Shown here one piece after another: positions 9,035 to 17,749 of a DNA stretch of 32,000 bases (positions are counted from its first letter, which is position 1; every line of letters starts with the position of its first letter). The DNA lies in assembly GCF_000284115.1 (NCBI RefSeq), contig NC_017080.1, forward strand, positions 1,440,001 through 1,472,000, given 5' to 3'. A program made the translations under genes and the position numbers. The notes under the pieces are model-generated. The model made no database searches and was not told the DNA's origin. It saw only the letters and a list, made by a program, of their open reading frames with translations. Source of the DNA: Phycisphaera mikurensis NBRC 102666. Lineage in GTDB: Bacteria > Planctomycetota > Phycisphaerae > Phycisphaerales > Phycisphaeraceae.

Positions 9035-10006
9035 ATGCCACCCGCCGCCGGGCGCGTCCTTGCTCCGCTCGCCGCAATGTGTTCAATTTGTGCCGTGACG
9101 CCGCCTCCGCCTCCCGATTCTTCGCCTCCCGCTCCAGCGCTCCCACGGGCTCTGCCGGTGCCGGCGGAGCGCAGCGGCTGGGCCGGGCACCGCGTGGCCG
9201 GGACCGCGCCGCGGATGAGCCAGAGCCACCGGCACGACGAGCTGGAGCTGAACCTGGTGACCGCGGGCCGCGCCGCCTACGTCGTGGACGGCCGCCGCGT
9301 GGAGCTCAATCCCGACGCGGCGCTGTGGTTGTGGCCGGACCAGGAGCACCTGCTGATCCAGTCGTCGGAGGCGTTCGCGATGTGGGTCGTCGTCTGGCGG
9401 CAGGACGCGGTCCGGGCGGCGGCCGGCGGGGACGGGGACGGCTGCGTGCCGCTGGGGCCGGCGGCGTCGGACGCCGCGCTTCTGGCCCCCCGGGCGCTGT
9501 CCGAGCGTGTCGCCGCCGATCTGTGCGTGGTCGCGGCGGGGATCGCCCGGGCGCGTTCGCCCGGCCACGAGGCGGCCGGGCTGGCTTGGCTGCTCCGCGA
9601 GGCCTGGGGAGCCTTCCTCGCCGCCGAGGACGTGCCCTCGGGCTCGCGCCTGCACCCCGCGGTCGAGGGCGCCGCCCGCTGGCTCGGCGCGCACGCGCAC
9701 GAACCCGCCGCGGACGACCTCGACGCGCTGGCCGCCCGCTGCGGCCTCAGCCGCTCACGGCTCTCGCGCCTGTTCGCCGCCCAGGTCGGCGAGACGCTCG
9801 CCGCGCACCGGCAGCGCCGGCGCCTCGAGGCGGCGCTCCGCCACCTCGGCGCCGCCGGCCGCGACGGCACCCCCGGCCGGGCGACGATGCTCGACGCCGC
9901 CTTCGCCGGGGGTTTCGGCAGCTACCCCGCCTTCTACCGGGCCCACGTCGCGCACCTGGGCTGCGGGCCGGCGGAGGCGCGGCGTGCGGAGCGGGGGGGC
10001 CGCTGA
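9035..10006 (+). CDS. AraC-family transcriptional regulator (cupin-like N-terminus plus AraC HTH)
   Basis: [45 protein letters not shown]...; [43 protein letters not shown]...[20 protein letters not shown]. Alternative start at 9077. Confidence 0.85.
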   Translation: MPPAAGRVLAPLAAMCSICAVTPPPPPDSSPPAPALPRALPVPAERSGWAGHRVAGTAPRMSQSHRHDELELNLVTAGRAAYVVDGRRVELNPDAALWLWPDQEHLLIQSSEAFAMWVVVWRQDAVRAAAGGDGDGCVPLGPAASDAALLAPRALSERVAADLCVVAAGIARARSPGHEAAGLAWLLREAWGAFLAAEDVPSGSRLHPAVEGAARWLGAHAHEPAADDLDALAARCGLSRSRLSRLFAAQVGETLAAHRQRRRLEAALRHLGAAGRDGTPGRATMLDAAFAGGFGSYPAFYRAHVAHLGCGPAEARRAERGGR

Positions 10007-10117
10007 CCCACGCCCGCGCGTCCCTTTCGCCCCGACGCCCCCCGCGCACGCGCCGAGCACGCCGGCGCGGTTCCGCTGGCGGCCCAGCGCCCGCGGGTGG
10101 AGCGCGGCGGCGGGCTC

Positions 10118-10156
10118 CCGGGTCCTCGACGTCCTCCGCCGGGTCCTCGACGTCCT
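10118..10156 (+). promoter_or_regulatory. 18-bp perfect direct repeat, 21-bp period, upstream of ureAB
   Basis: CCGGGTCCTCGACGTCCT at 10118-10135 and 10139-10156, about 40 bp before the ureAB ATG. Confidence 0.45.
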
Positions 10157-10197
10157 TTAAGGTCCGGCCAGCCCCGCCGCCGCCGCCGAGCCCGATC

Positions 10198-10968
10198 ATG
10201 AGACTCACCCCCCGCGAACTCGAAAAGCTCACGCTGCACAACGCGGGCTTCGTCGCCCAGAAGCGGCTCGCCCGCGGGCTGCGTCTGAATCACCCCGAGG
10301 CGGTGGCCCTCCTCGCGGCGGTCGTGCTGGAGATGATCCGGGATGGACGCCGCGTCGCCGAGCTGATGGAGGTCGGCCGCTCGCTCCTGGGCCGCCGGCA
10401 GGTGATGCCCGGCGTCGCGGAGATGCTGCACGACGTGCAGGTGGAGGGCACCTTCCCCGACGGCACGAAGCTGGTGACGATCCACCACCCGGTCAGCTCG
10501 CTCGACGGCGACCTGACGCTCGCCCTGCACGGCAGCTTCCTGCCGGTGCCCTCGCTGGACCTCTTCGGCGACGAGCCCACCGACGACGCCGCGGGCGACG
10601 CGCCGGGCGCCGTCACCCCCGCGAAGGGGATCCTGGAGATGAACGCCGGCCGCGACGCAATCGACCTCGCGGTGACCAACACCGGCGACCGGCCGGTGCA
10701 GGTCGGCAGCCACTACCCCTTCCTCGAGACCAACGCCGCCCTCCGCTTCGACCGCCGCGCGGGCTTCGGCCGCCGGCTCGACGTGCCCGCCGGCACCGCC
10801 GTCCGCTTCGAGCCGGGCGAAACCAAGACCGTCCGCCTCGTGGAGGTGGCCGGGAACCGCGTCGTCCGCGGCGGCAACGCCCTCACCGACGGCGGGGTCG
10901 GCGACGAGAACCGAGAGGCCGCGATGGCCCGCGTGGCCGCCGGCGGCTTCGCCGACGCCCCCGCCTGA
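10198..10968 (+). CDS. ureAB: Fused urease gamma-beta subunit
   Basis: [50 protein letters not shown] (gamma) joined to [79 protein letters not shown] (beta). Confidence 0.95.
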   Translation: MRLTPRELEKLTLHNAGFVAQKRLARGLRLNHPEAVALLAAVVLEMIRDGRRVAELMEVGRSLLGRRQVMPGVAEMLHDVQVEGTFPDGTKLVTIHHPVSSLDGDLTLALHGSFLPVPSLDLFGDEPTDDAAGDAPGAVTPAKGILEMNAGRDAIDLAVTNTGDRPVQVGSHYPFLETNAALRFDRRAGFGRRLDVPAGTAVRFEPGETKTVRLVEVAGNRVVRGGNALTDGGVGDENREAAMARVAAGGFADAPA

Positions 10969-11297
10969 GCGATTGCGGACCATCGCCCACGGCCGCGGCC
11001 GCGGGCACACCCGGTGCGGCGGGCTCGCTTCGCCGCGGATCAAGAGGCGGGAGCGGCCCGGAGGCCCGCGGTCCGCGGATTTCGCTCCTGTCAGCTTGGC
11101 AGGCGCTCCCGGACGAGCCGGGGGGCTGGGCAGCGCCCCGGCGCCCTCACGGGGCCGCAGGAGGCTTCCGCGCGGCTCCACCGGCATGGCTCCCGAGCGG
11201 CACCGGCTTTGCACAAGCCCGGCGGTGGCGGCCGCTCCCCGCCCGCCGCCGACCCTTCCGGGTTCCACCACTCCACCCGCAACCTCAAGGAACAACC

Positions 11298-13190
11298 ATG
11301 TCCAAGACCATTGGAATCGACCTCGGCACCACCAACTCGGTCGTCGCCGTCATGGAAGCCGGCGCACCCAAGGTGCTGATCAACGCCTCCGGCAACCGCA
11401 CCACCCCCTCCATCGTCGCCTTCACCGACAAGGGCGACCGCCTCGTGGGCCAGCCGGCCCGCCAGCAGCAGGTGACCAACCCCAAGGGCACCGTCTACTC
11501 GATCAAGCGCTTCATGGGCCGCCGGGCCGGCGAGGTCGAGGAGGAGCAGAAGATGGTGCCCTACGGCATCCAGGGCTCCGGCGACGACCTCGTGAAGGTC
11601 GAGGTCAAGGGCAAGGAGTACACGCCGCAGGAGATCTCGGCGATGACGCTGGGGAACCTGAAGAAGACCGCCGAGGACTACCTCGGCGAGAGCGTGGACT
11701 CGGCCGTCATCACGGTGCCCGCCTACTTCAATGACTCGCAGCGCCAGGCGACCAAGGAGGCCGGGGAGATCGCCGGCCTCAAGGTCGAGCGGATCATCAA
11801 CGAGCCCACCGCCGCCGCGCTCGCCTACGGCCTCGACAAGAAGACCAACGAGAAGATCGCGGTGTTCGACCTCGGCGGCGGCACCTTCGACGTCTCGGTC
11901 CTCGACGTCGGTGACGGCGTCTTCGAGGTGCTCGCCACCAACGGCGACGGCCACCTCGGCGGCGACGACTGGGACGAGCGGCTCATCAACCACCTCGCCG
12001 ACGAGTTCAAGAAGAGCGACGGCATCGACCTCCGCAGCGACGCGATGGCGCTCCAGCGGCTGAAGGAAGCGGCCGAGAAGGCGAAGATCGAGCTCTCCCA
12101 GAGCCAGGAGACCACGGTCAACCTGCCCTTCATCACGGCGACGCAGGACGGCCCCAAGCACCTGATGATCACGCTGACGCGGACGAAGTTCGAGCAGATC
12201 TGCGACGACCTGTTCAGCCGCCTCCGGGGCCCGTGCGAGACGGCCCTCAAGGACGCCGGCCTCAAGGCCGGCGAGGTCGACGAGGTGGTGCTGGTCGGCG
12301 GGTCCTCGCGGATCCCCAAGGTGCAGAAGATGGCGAAGGAGATCTTCGGCAAGGAGCCCAACAAGAGCATCAACCCCGACGAGGTCGTCGCCATCGGCGC
12401 GGCCATCCAGGGCGGCGTGCTGCAGGGCGACGTGAAGGACGTGCTGCTGCTGGACGTGACCCCGCTCTCGCTGGGCATCGAGACCCGCGGCGGCGTGACC
12501 ACGCGGCTGATCGAGAAGAACACCACGATCCCCACCAGCAAGAAGGAGACCTTCTCCACCGCGGCCGACAACCAGACCGAGGTCACGATCCACGTGCTTC
12601 AGGGCGAGCGGGAGTTCGCCAACGACAACCGCACGCTGGGCCGCTTCAACCTCGAAGGCATCAAGCCGGCCCGCGCCGGCGAGCCGCAGATCGAGGTGGA
12701 ATTCGCCATCGACGCCAACGGCATCCTCAACGTCGCCGCCACCGACAAGGGCAGCGGCAAGACGCAAAACATCGAGATCAAGGGCTCCTCGGGCCTCTCC
12801 GAGGAGGAGATCGACCGGATGAAGAAGGATGCCGAGGCGCACGCCGCCGAGGACGCCAAGAAGCGGGAGCTGGTCGACCTGAAGAACCAGGCCGAGACGA
12901 TCGTCCACCAGGTGCGCAAGCAGATGGAAGAGGCGGGCGACAAGCTCGACGGCGACACCCGCGGCAAGGTCGAGAGCGCCCTCTCCAACGTGGACGAGAA
13001 GGTCAAGGGCGACGACGCCGACGCAATCAAGGCCGCGCTCACCGCGCTGCAGACCGAGGCCGCCGCGCTCGCGGGAGCCGGTGCGGCGGATGCCGGAGCC
13101 GGGGAGGCGTCGTCTTCGGAGTCGGCCTCTTCGTCGCCGGACAACGCGGACGACGACGTCATCGACGCCGAGTTTGAAGTCAAGAGCTAA
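11298..13190 (+). CDS. dnaK: Molecular chaperone DnaK (Hsp70)
   Basis: [60 protein letters not shown]; 630 aa, full length. Confidence 0.98.
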   Translation: MSKTIGIDLGTTNSVVAVMEAGAPKVLINASGNRTTPSIVAFTDKGDRLVGQPARQQQVTNPKGTVYSIKRFMGRRAGEVEEEQKMVPYGIQGSGDDLVKVEVKGKEYTPQEISAMTLGNLKKTAEDYLGESVDSAVITVPAYFNDSQRQATKEAGEIAGLKVERIINEPTAAALAYGLDKKTNEKIAVFDLGGGTFDVSVLDVGDGVFEVLATNGDGHLGGDDWDERLINHLADEFKKSDGIDLRSDAMALQRLKEAAEKAKIELSQSQETTVNLPFITATQDGPKHLMITLTRTKFEQICDDLFSRLRGPCETALKDAGLKAGEVDEVVLVGGSSRIPKVQKMAKEIFGKEPNKSINPDEVVAIGAAIQGGVLQGDVKDVLLLDVTPLSLGIETRGGVTTRLIEKNTTIPTSKKETFSTAADNQTEVTIHVLQGEREFANDNRTLGRFNLEGIKPARAGEPQIEVEFAIDANGILNVAATDKGSGKTQNIEIKGSSGLSEEEIDRMKKDAEAHAAEDAKKRELVDLKNQAETIVHQVRKQMEEAGDKLDGDTRGKVESALSNVDEKVKGDDADAIKAALTALQTEAAALAGAGAADAGAGEASSSESASSSPDNADDDVIDAEFEVKS

Positions 13191-13220
13191 CGCCTGCAAC
13201 GGCCGGGCTGGATCCGCTCC

Positions 13221-13246
13221 GAGCCGTCGCCTCCGGGCGGCGGCTC
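13221..13246 (+). terminator. GC-rich hairpin downstream of dnaK
   Basis: GAGCCGTCGCC-TCCG-GGCGGCGGCTC followed by TTCTCGT. Confidence 0.55.
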
Positions 13247-13345
13247 TTCTCGTGGGTGCCCGAAGCGGCCGCGCCGGGTCCCGCCCGAGCCCCGGCCGCC
13301 GGCGGCGTCGCGGGCCCGATCCGGACGAGTACGTAGCCTGTTCGG

Positions 13346-14776
13346 ATGGCCAGAGCCCGTTCGCAATTCGTCTGTTCCGCGTGCGGGTCGTCGTTCCCGA
13401 AGTGGCAAGGGCGGTGCCCCGATTGCGGAGCGTGGGACACCCTCGAGGAGGCCCGGGTGGACGCGTCTTCGGCCAAGGACGCACCCCGCGCGGGCGGCGG
13501 GGCGGGCGTCGGTGCCGGCGGAAACCCGGCGGAGGCGCGGCCGATCGGCGAGGTGGGCGAGGCGACGGAGGCGGAACGGCTCCCCAGCGGGATCGCGGAG
13601 TTCGACCGGGTGCTCGGGGCGGGGCTGGTGCCGGGGTCGGCGGTGCTCGTGGGCGGCGACCCCGGAATCGGCAAGAGCACGCTGATGCTGCAGGCGGCCC
13701 TGCGGCTGGCGGTCGGCGGCACGCGCGTGCTCTACGCGACCAGCGAGGAGTCGGCCGCGCAGCTGCGGATGCGGGCGGAGCGGCTGGCGCCCGCGAGCGG
13801 CGTGGCGGAGGGCGGTGGGCTGCCCGCGGAGCTGTTCGCGTTGGCGGACACGAACCTCGCCCGCATCACCGAGCAGGCCCGGCGGCTCAAGCCCCGGGTG
13901 GTGGTGATCGACTCGATCCAGATGGTCTACCGCGGCGACCTGGAGGCGGCGCCGGGCAGCGTCACGCAGCTGCGGGCCTGCACGCTGGAGCTGGTCTACG
14001 CGGCCAAGGAGGCCGGCTGGGCGGTGGTGCTGGTGGGCCACGTCACCAAGGCGGGCACCCTCGCGGGCCCCAAGCTGCTCGAGCACATGGTCGACGCGGT
14101 GCTCACCTTCGAGGGCGACCGCTACCACGCCCACCGCGTGGTGCGGGCGGTGAAGAACCGCTTCGGCAACACGCTGGAGGTGGGGCTGTTCCACATGACC
14201 GGCGCCGGCCTGGAGGAGGTGGCCGATGCGGGCGGGCTGCTGGCCGAAACCTATCAAGCGGGTCCGGGCAGCGTGGTGTGCCCGGTGCTCACCGGCTCGC
14301 GCTGCCTGATGGTGGAGCTGCAGGCGCTGACCGCGACGGGCTTTCTGGGCTCGGCGAAGCGGAAGGCCGCCGGCGTGGACGGCAACCGGCTGGCGATGCT
14401 GATCGCGGTGCTGGAGAAGCGGGCCGAGCTGCGGCTGGCGGATCAGGACGTCTTCACCTCCAGCGTCGGCGGGATGAAGGTGACCGAGCCGGCGTCGGAC
14501 CTGGCGCTGGCGATGGCGATCGCGGGGGCCCACCTCAACCGCGGCGTCGGCGGGCCGGGCCGGGGGGGCGAGGGCGGCGCCGTCGCGGCGGTCGGCGAGA
14601 TCGGCCTCGGCGGCGAGGTCCGCCACGTTGCGCAGCTGGATCGGCGGCTGGCGGAGGCGGGGCGGCTGGGCTTCGGGAAGGTGCTGACGCCGAAGGGCGG
14701 GAAGAAGGCGGCGCCGAGGGGCCTGGAGATCGTGGAGGTCGGATCGATCGAGGCGGCGCTGGCGCAGCTGGATTAG
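13346..14776 (+). CDS. radA: DNA repair protein RadA (Sms)
   Basis: N-terminal zinc finger CSACGSSFPKWQGRCPDCGAWDT, GDPGIGKSTL, KNRFGNTLEVGLF; 476 aa. Confidence 0.97.
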   Translation: MARARSQFVCSACGSSFPKWQGRCPDCGAWDTLEEARVDASSAKDAPRAGGGAGVGAGGNPAEARPIGEVGEATEAERLPSGIAEFDRVLGAGLVPGSAVLVGGDPGIGKSTLMLQAALRLAVGGTRVLYATSEESAAQLRMRAERLAPASGVAEGGGLPAELFALADTNLARITEQARRLKPRVVVIDSIQMVYRGDLEAAPGSVTQLRACTLELVYAAKEAGWAVVLVGHVTKAGTLAGPKLLEHMVDAVLTFEGDRYHAHRVVRAVKNRFGNTLEVGLFHMTGAGLEEVADAGGLLAETYQAGPGSVVCPVLTGSRCLMVELQALTATGFLGSAKRKAAGVDGNRLAMLIAVLEKRAELRLADQDVFTSSVGGMKVTEPASDLALAMAIAGAHLNRGVGGPGRGGEGGAVAAVGEIGLGGEVRHVAQLDRRLAEAGRLGFGKVLTPKGGKKAAPRGLEIVEVGSIEAALAQLD

Positions 14777-14786
14777 CGCCGGCCCG

Positions 14787-14832
14787 CCGCGGACCGCCGG
14801 CCCGGGCGACGCCCGCGGCCGGCGGTCCGCGG
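14787..14832. repeat. CCGCGGACCGC palindrome, copy C; long hairpin just after radA
   Basis: CCGCGGACCGCCGGCC (14787-14802), nested CGGGCG-A-CGCCCG, then GGCCGGCGGTCCGCGG (14817-14832). Confidence 0.75.
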
Positions 14833-14966
14833 ATGCCGCGCAGGGCACCGGCTCGCCGGGCGGCCGGCGCCGGGCGGCGCGTCCGGATCGCCCGGCACTG
14901 CTCGCGGCAACGGCGGGCGACCCGCCCGCCCGGGTGCGGCGACGACCGATCTGGCAGGATGCCGCC

Positions 14967-16205
14967 ATGACCCGGTGGCTCGCGATTCTTTGCCTCGTGC
15001 TGGCCCCCGTCGCCCCCGTCGCCACCGCTCAGCTCGTCGCGGGGCCGTGGGTGGATCGGGCGGACGCGCGGATCGAGGCTCACCGCAAGGCGGACCTGGA
15101 GGTGCTCGTGCTGGGGCCGGGCGACCGGCCGGCGGCCGGGGTGGAGGTGCGGGTGCGGCAGCTCCGGCACGCATTCCCCTTCGGCGCGGTGCTGCCGGCG
15201 GACCGGCCGGAGCTGATCGATCGGGTGGGGGCCCCGGATCGAGCGGTCTGGCGGGGCCTGTCGGCGGTCTCGCTGGCACGCTTCGCCGCATGGTCCGTCC
15301 TGCAGAAGGAGCAAGCAGAGACCGACCCGGCCGCGGCGGCCACGCTCGTGGGCCTCCTCGACGCCGCCCGGGCCCGCGGGCTGCGGGTCCGCCTGGGCCC
15401 GCTGGCCCCCGGGGATCCGGCGGACCGGCCCGCCTGGGCCGCGGGCCTGCCGCCGGAGCGGCGGCTGCCGGCGGTGCTGTCCTTCCAGGCGTCGCTCGCG
15501 GGGCTCGCCGCGGGGCGGGTGCACGCCCTGGACCTGGTCTCCTCGGGCGCGTCCCACCCCTGGCTCGCGCCCGCGGGCGTGCGGACGCTCGGGCAGGCGG
15601 CGGCGGCCGCCCACGCCCCGGCGGACGCCGGCGGGGCAGGCCCGCAGGCCTGGCTCGGCCTGGGCTTCGAGGGGGCGGTCGACCTCGACCGCGGCGGGGC
15701 GGTGCTGGCCTCGGCCGAGGCGCTCTCGCTCGCGTTCGTCCCCGCCGACGGCGTCACCACCGGGCTGCGCCTCGCCCGGCCGGCCTCGCCGGAGGACCTC
15801 GAACGCGCGATCCAGCGGCTGGGCACCTTCGGGCTCGACGCCGCGATCCACCCCCTGGAGGCCGCGTCGGACGACCCCGAGCTGCCCTTCACGCTCGAGG
15901 CGGCGCTGACGCTGCTCTTCGCTGAGCCGCGGGTGCGCGAGATCCACCTCGCGGGCTTCGAGGCGGGCCTGCCGGGGGCGTTGCTCGACACGGCCGGGAA
16001 CCCGACGGCGGCGGGCGAGGGCGTGGACTACCTCCTGGCGCGACGCTGGTGGACGGACGCCGTGGCGACCACCGATGCCCTCGGCGTGGCCCGCTTCCGC
16101 GTCTTCGCCGGCCGCCACGAGGTGGAGGCGGGCGGCGGACCGGTGGAGGTGGCGATCGCCGCGGGCGACGCAGCGCGCGTGGTGGCCGCGACGGCGGTGC
16201 GCTGA
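14967..16205 (+). CDS. Secreted GH10 (endo-xylanase family)-like protein, probably degenerate
   Basis: Signal peptide MTRWLAILCLVLAPVAPVATAQ; ARIEAHRKADLEVLVLGPGDRPAAGVEVRVRQLRHAFPFGAVLP, LLDAARARGLRVRLGPLAPGDPADRPAW and YLLARRWWTDAVATTDALGVARFRVFAGRHEV resemble GH10 proteins with an N-terminal extension; catalytic motifs not obvious. Confidence 0.6.
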   Translation: MTRWLAILCLVLAPVAPVATAQLVAGPWVDRADARIEAHRKADLEVLVLGPGDRPAAGVEVRVRQLRHAFPFGAVLPADRPELIDRVGAPDRAVWRGLSAVSLARFAAWSVLQKEQAETDPAAAATLVGLLDAARARGLRVRLGPLAPGDPADRPAWAAGLPPERRLPAVLSFQASLAGLAAGRVHALDLVSSGASHPWLAPAGVRTLGQAAAAAHAPADAGGAGPQAWLGLGFEGAVDLDRGGAVLASAEALSLAFVPADGVTTGLRLARPASPEDLERAIQRLGTFGLDAAIHPLEAASDDPELPFTLEAALTLLFAEPRVREIHLAGFEAGLPGALLDTAGNPTAAGEGVDYLLARRWWTDAVATTDALGVARFRVFAGRHEVEAGGGPVEVAIAAGDAARVVAATAVR

Positions 16206-16294
16206 CCCATGACCCCGAACGAAGCCGCAGCCTTCTTCTGGCCGGCCGCGACGGGACGCCCGCTGGACACGACGCTGCGGTCCCATGCGTGCCG

Positions 16295-17536
16295 CTAGGG
16301 GGCGCGGCGATCGGGCCGCAGGGCGGCCCGAGCCTGCCGCAGCACCGCCCCGGCCACCCCGGGCCTGCCGCTCTCGGCCTCGGTGTCCCGGCGGATCATC
16401 TCGAGGGCTCCGGCGGGCAGCAGGCCCAGCCGGACCAGGTGCCCCGCGGCCTCCGCGCTGTCGTGAACGAGAAAGGCCGGCGTGCCGGCGGCGCGGGCCG
16501 CGGCGAGGTGGGCCTCGGCGTCGCGGTCGCGGCGGCTGCGTTGGCCCGCGTCGACGTCGCGGATCAGAACGGCGGCGATCCGCCCGGGCCGCTCGCGCAC
16601 CAGCCTCTCGTACAGGTGCGGATCGGCCTGGCCGCTGTCTCCGATGAGCAGGAAGGGCAGGCCGGGGAACGCATCCACCAGGTCGCGGGCCTTGTCGAGC
16701 TTGTGCGTGTGGCCGGGCCGCTTGATGAACTTCGACCGGTCCAGCCCCAGGTCCTGCAGCAGCAGCGGGCCCACGGGCAGCCGGTTGAGCCGGAGGAAGT
16801 CGGTGAGCAGGTCGTGGAGGTTCCAGGCGGAACTCGAGACGTAGAAGAAGGGCGCGGGTTCCTCTCCCGCCGCCTCGAGCGCGGCGTAGAGCGCGGCGAC
16901 CCCGGGCAGCGGCTTCCGCGTCCGAGCGTTGTGCAGGAAGGTCAGCCTCGCCGCGGTGAGCAGGTTGGTGATGCCGGTGTGGATCACCGTGTCGTCGAGG
17001 TCGGAGACGACGCCGAAGGGCGCTCGAAGACCCGGCCGGATCACCGGCAGCTCGCTCTCTACCGCCGCGCCGCGGACCGCGGCCTCCCGGGCGGGATCGA
17101 CGCCGCGGTCCGCGGCGCTGTCGGCGACGAGCAGGCGGGCGAGCCCCGCGTCCGCCTCCGGCGGCGGCGAGATCCGGAACCACGCGTAGCCCTCCTCGTC
17201 GGCGGTCACGCTCTGGGCCTGCGTGCCCAGCGTGGCGGTCACCTCCGCGTGCGGCACCTCCTGCGTGTCCCACCGCCGGTAGGTGTTCCGCAGGTTGTCC
17301 CACCAGCGATCCTTCTCGCGCGGCCCCCCGCCCAGCGGCGTCGCCAGCACGCGGCACCCGAAGACCGCTCGCGCCTCACCGCCCGCGGCCGCGTGGTGCG
17401 TGTTGTCCCACCCGGTGAAGGGGATCACCGACCGCGGCTTGCCACCGCCCAACGCCCGGCGGAACACGTTCCACCAGCGGTCCAGGGACGCCTCGAGCTC
17501 GTGGAGCCAGGCGTGGAGGAAGCGGGGGAGAGGCAT
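16295..17536 (-). CDS. App1/DUF2183-type phosphatase-domain protein
   Basis: APFGVVSDLDDTVIHTGITN (DxDxT), FFYVSSSAWNLHDLL, LPFLLIGDSGQADPHLYERL. Start ATG at 17536 (MPLPRFLHAWLHELE); the longer ORF start is repeat-encoded. Confidence 0.82.
   Translation of the reverse strand: MPLPRFLHAWLHELEASLDRWWNVFRRALGGGKPRSVIPFTGWDNTHHAAAGGEARAVFGCRVLATPLGGGPREKDRWWDNLRNTYRRWDTQEVPHAEVTATLGTQAQSVTADEEGYAWFRISPPPEADAGLARLLVADSAADRGVDPAREAAVRGAAVESELPVIRPGLRAPFGVVSDLDDTVIHTGITNLLTAARLTFLHNARTRKPLPGVAALYAALEAAGEEPAPFFYVSSSAWNLHDLLTDFLRLNRLPVGPLLLQDLGLDRSKFIKRPGHTHKLDKARDLVDAFPGLPFLLIGDSGQADPHLYERLVRERPGRIAAVLIRDVDAGQRSRRDRDAEAHLAAARAAGTPAFLVHDSAEAAGHLVRLGLLPAGALEMIRRDTEAESGRPGVAGAVLRQARAALRPDRRAP
17067..17118. 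repeat. CCGCGGACCGC palindrome, copy D, inside the DUF2183 CDS
   Basis: GCGCCGCGGACCGCGGC (17067-17083) and exact reverse complement GCCGCGGTCCGCGGCGC (17102-17118). Confidence 0.8.
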
Positions 17537-17548
17537 GGCTGCGCCAGG

Positions 17549-17749
17549 CAAGCGGAGAAGCGGAGAAGCGAAGAAGCGAAGAAGCGGAGAAGCGAAGAAG
17601 CGGAGAAGCGGAGAAGCGAAGGAGTCGAGAGCGAAGAAGTCAGGCCGGATGCGGCGGCTGCGCCATCTCAAACGAGCTTGTCGCTGCTTCTGCTGGCTTC
17701 TTCGCTTCCGGACTTCCCGGCTTCTTCGCTCGATCCGCGCAGCGGACGC
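17549..17749. repeat. GAAGC-tract / GCTTC-tract inverted element, copy 1
   Basis: AAGCGGAGAAGCGGAGAAGCGAAGAAGCGAAGAAGCGG... and ...GGCTTCTTCGCTTCCGGACTTCCCGGCTTCTTCGCTCGATCCGCGCAGCGGA between glyS and the DUF2183 gene. Confidence 0.85.

Noticed and set aside
8914-10968. 684-aa ORF joining an antisense-like leader to ureAB
   Set aside because: Only the part from ATG 10198 resembles urease; the upstream part is an off-frame reading of the AraC gene.
11091-13484. 797-aa antisense ORF opposite dnaK
   Set aside because: Long ORFs antisense to dnaK are a common artifact in GC-rich genomes; no protein-like features.
14535-17357. 940-aa antisense ORF opposite radA end, the GH10-like gene and the DUF2183 region
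   Set aside because: Low-complexity RRRGRG composition and overlap with well-supported genes; no recognizable domain.
17549-17640. Regular AAGCGGAG/AAGCGAAG tandem units considered as a possible CRISPR or minisatellite
   Set aside because: Units are short and contiguous with no unique spacers; with the GCTTC arm it fits an inverted-repeat element, not CRISPR.
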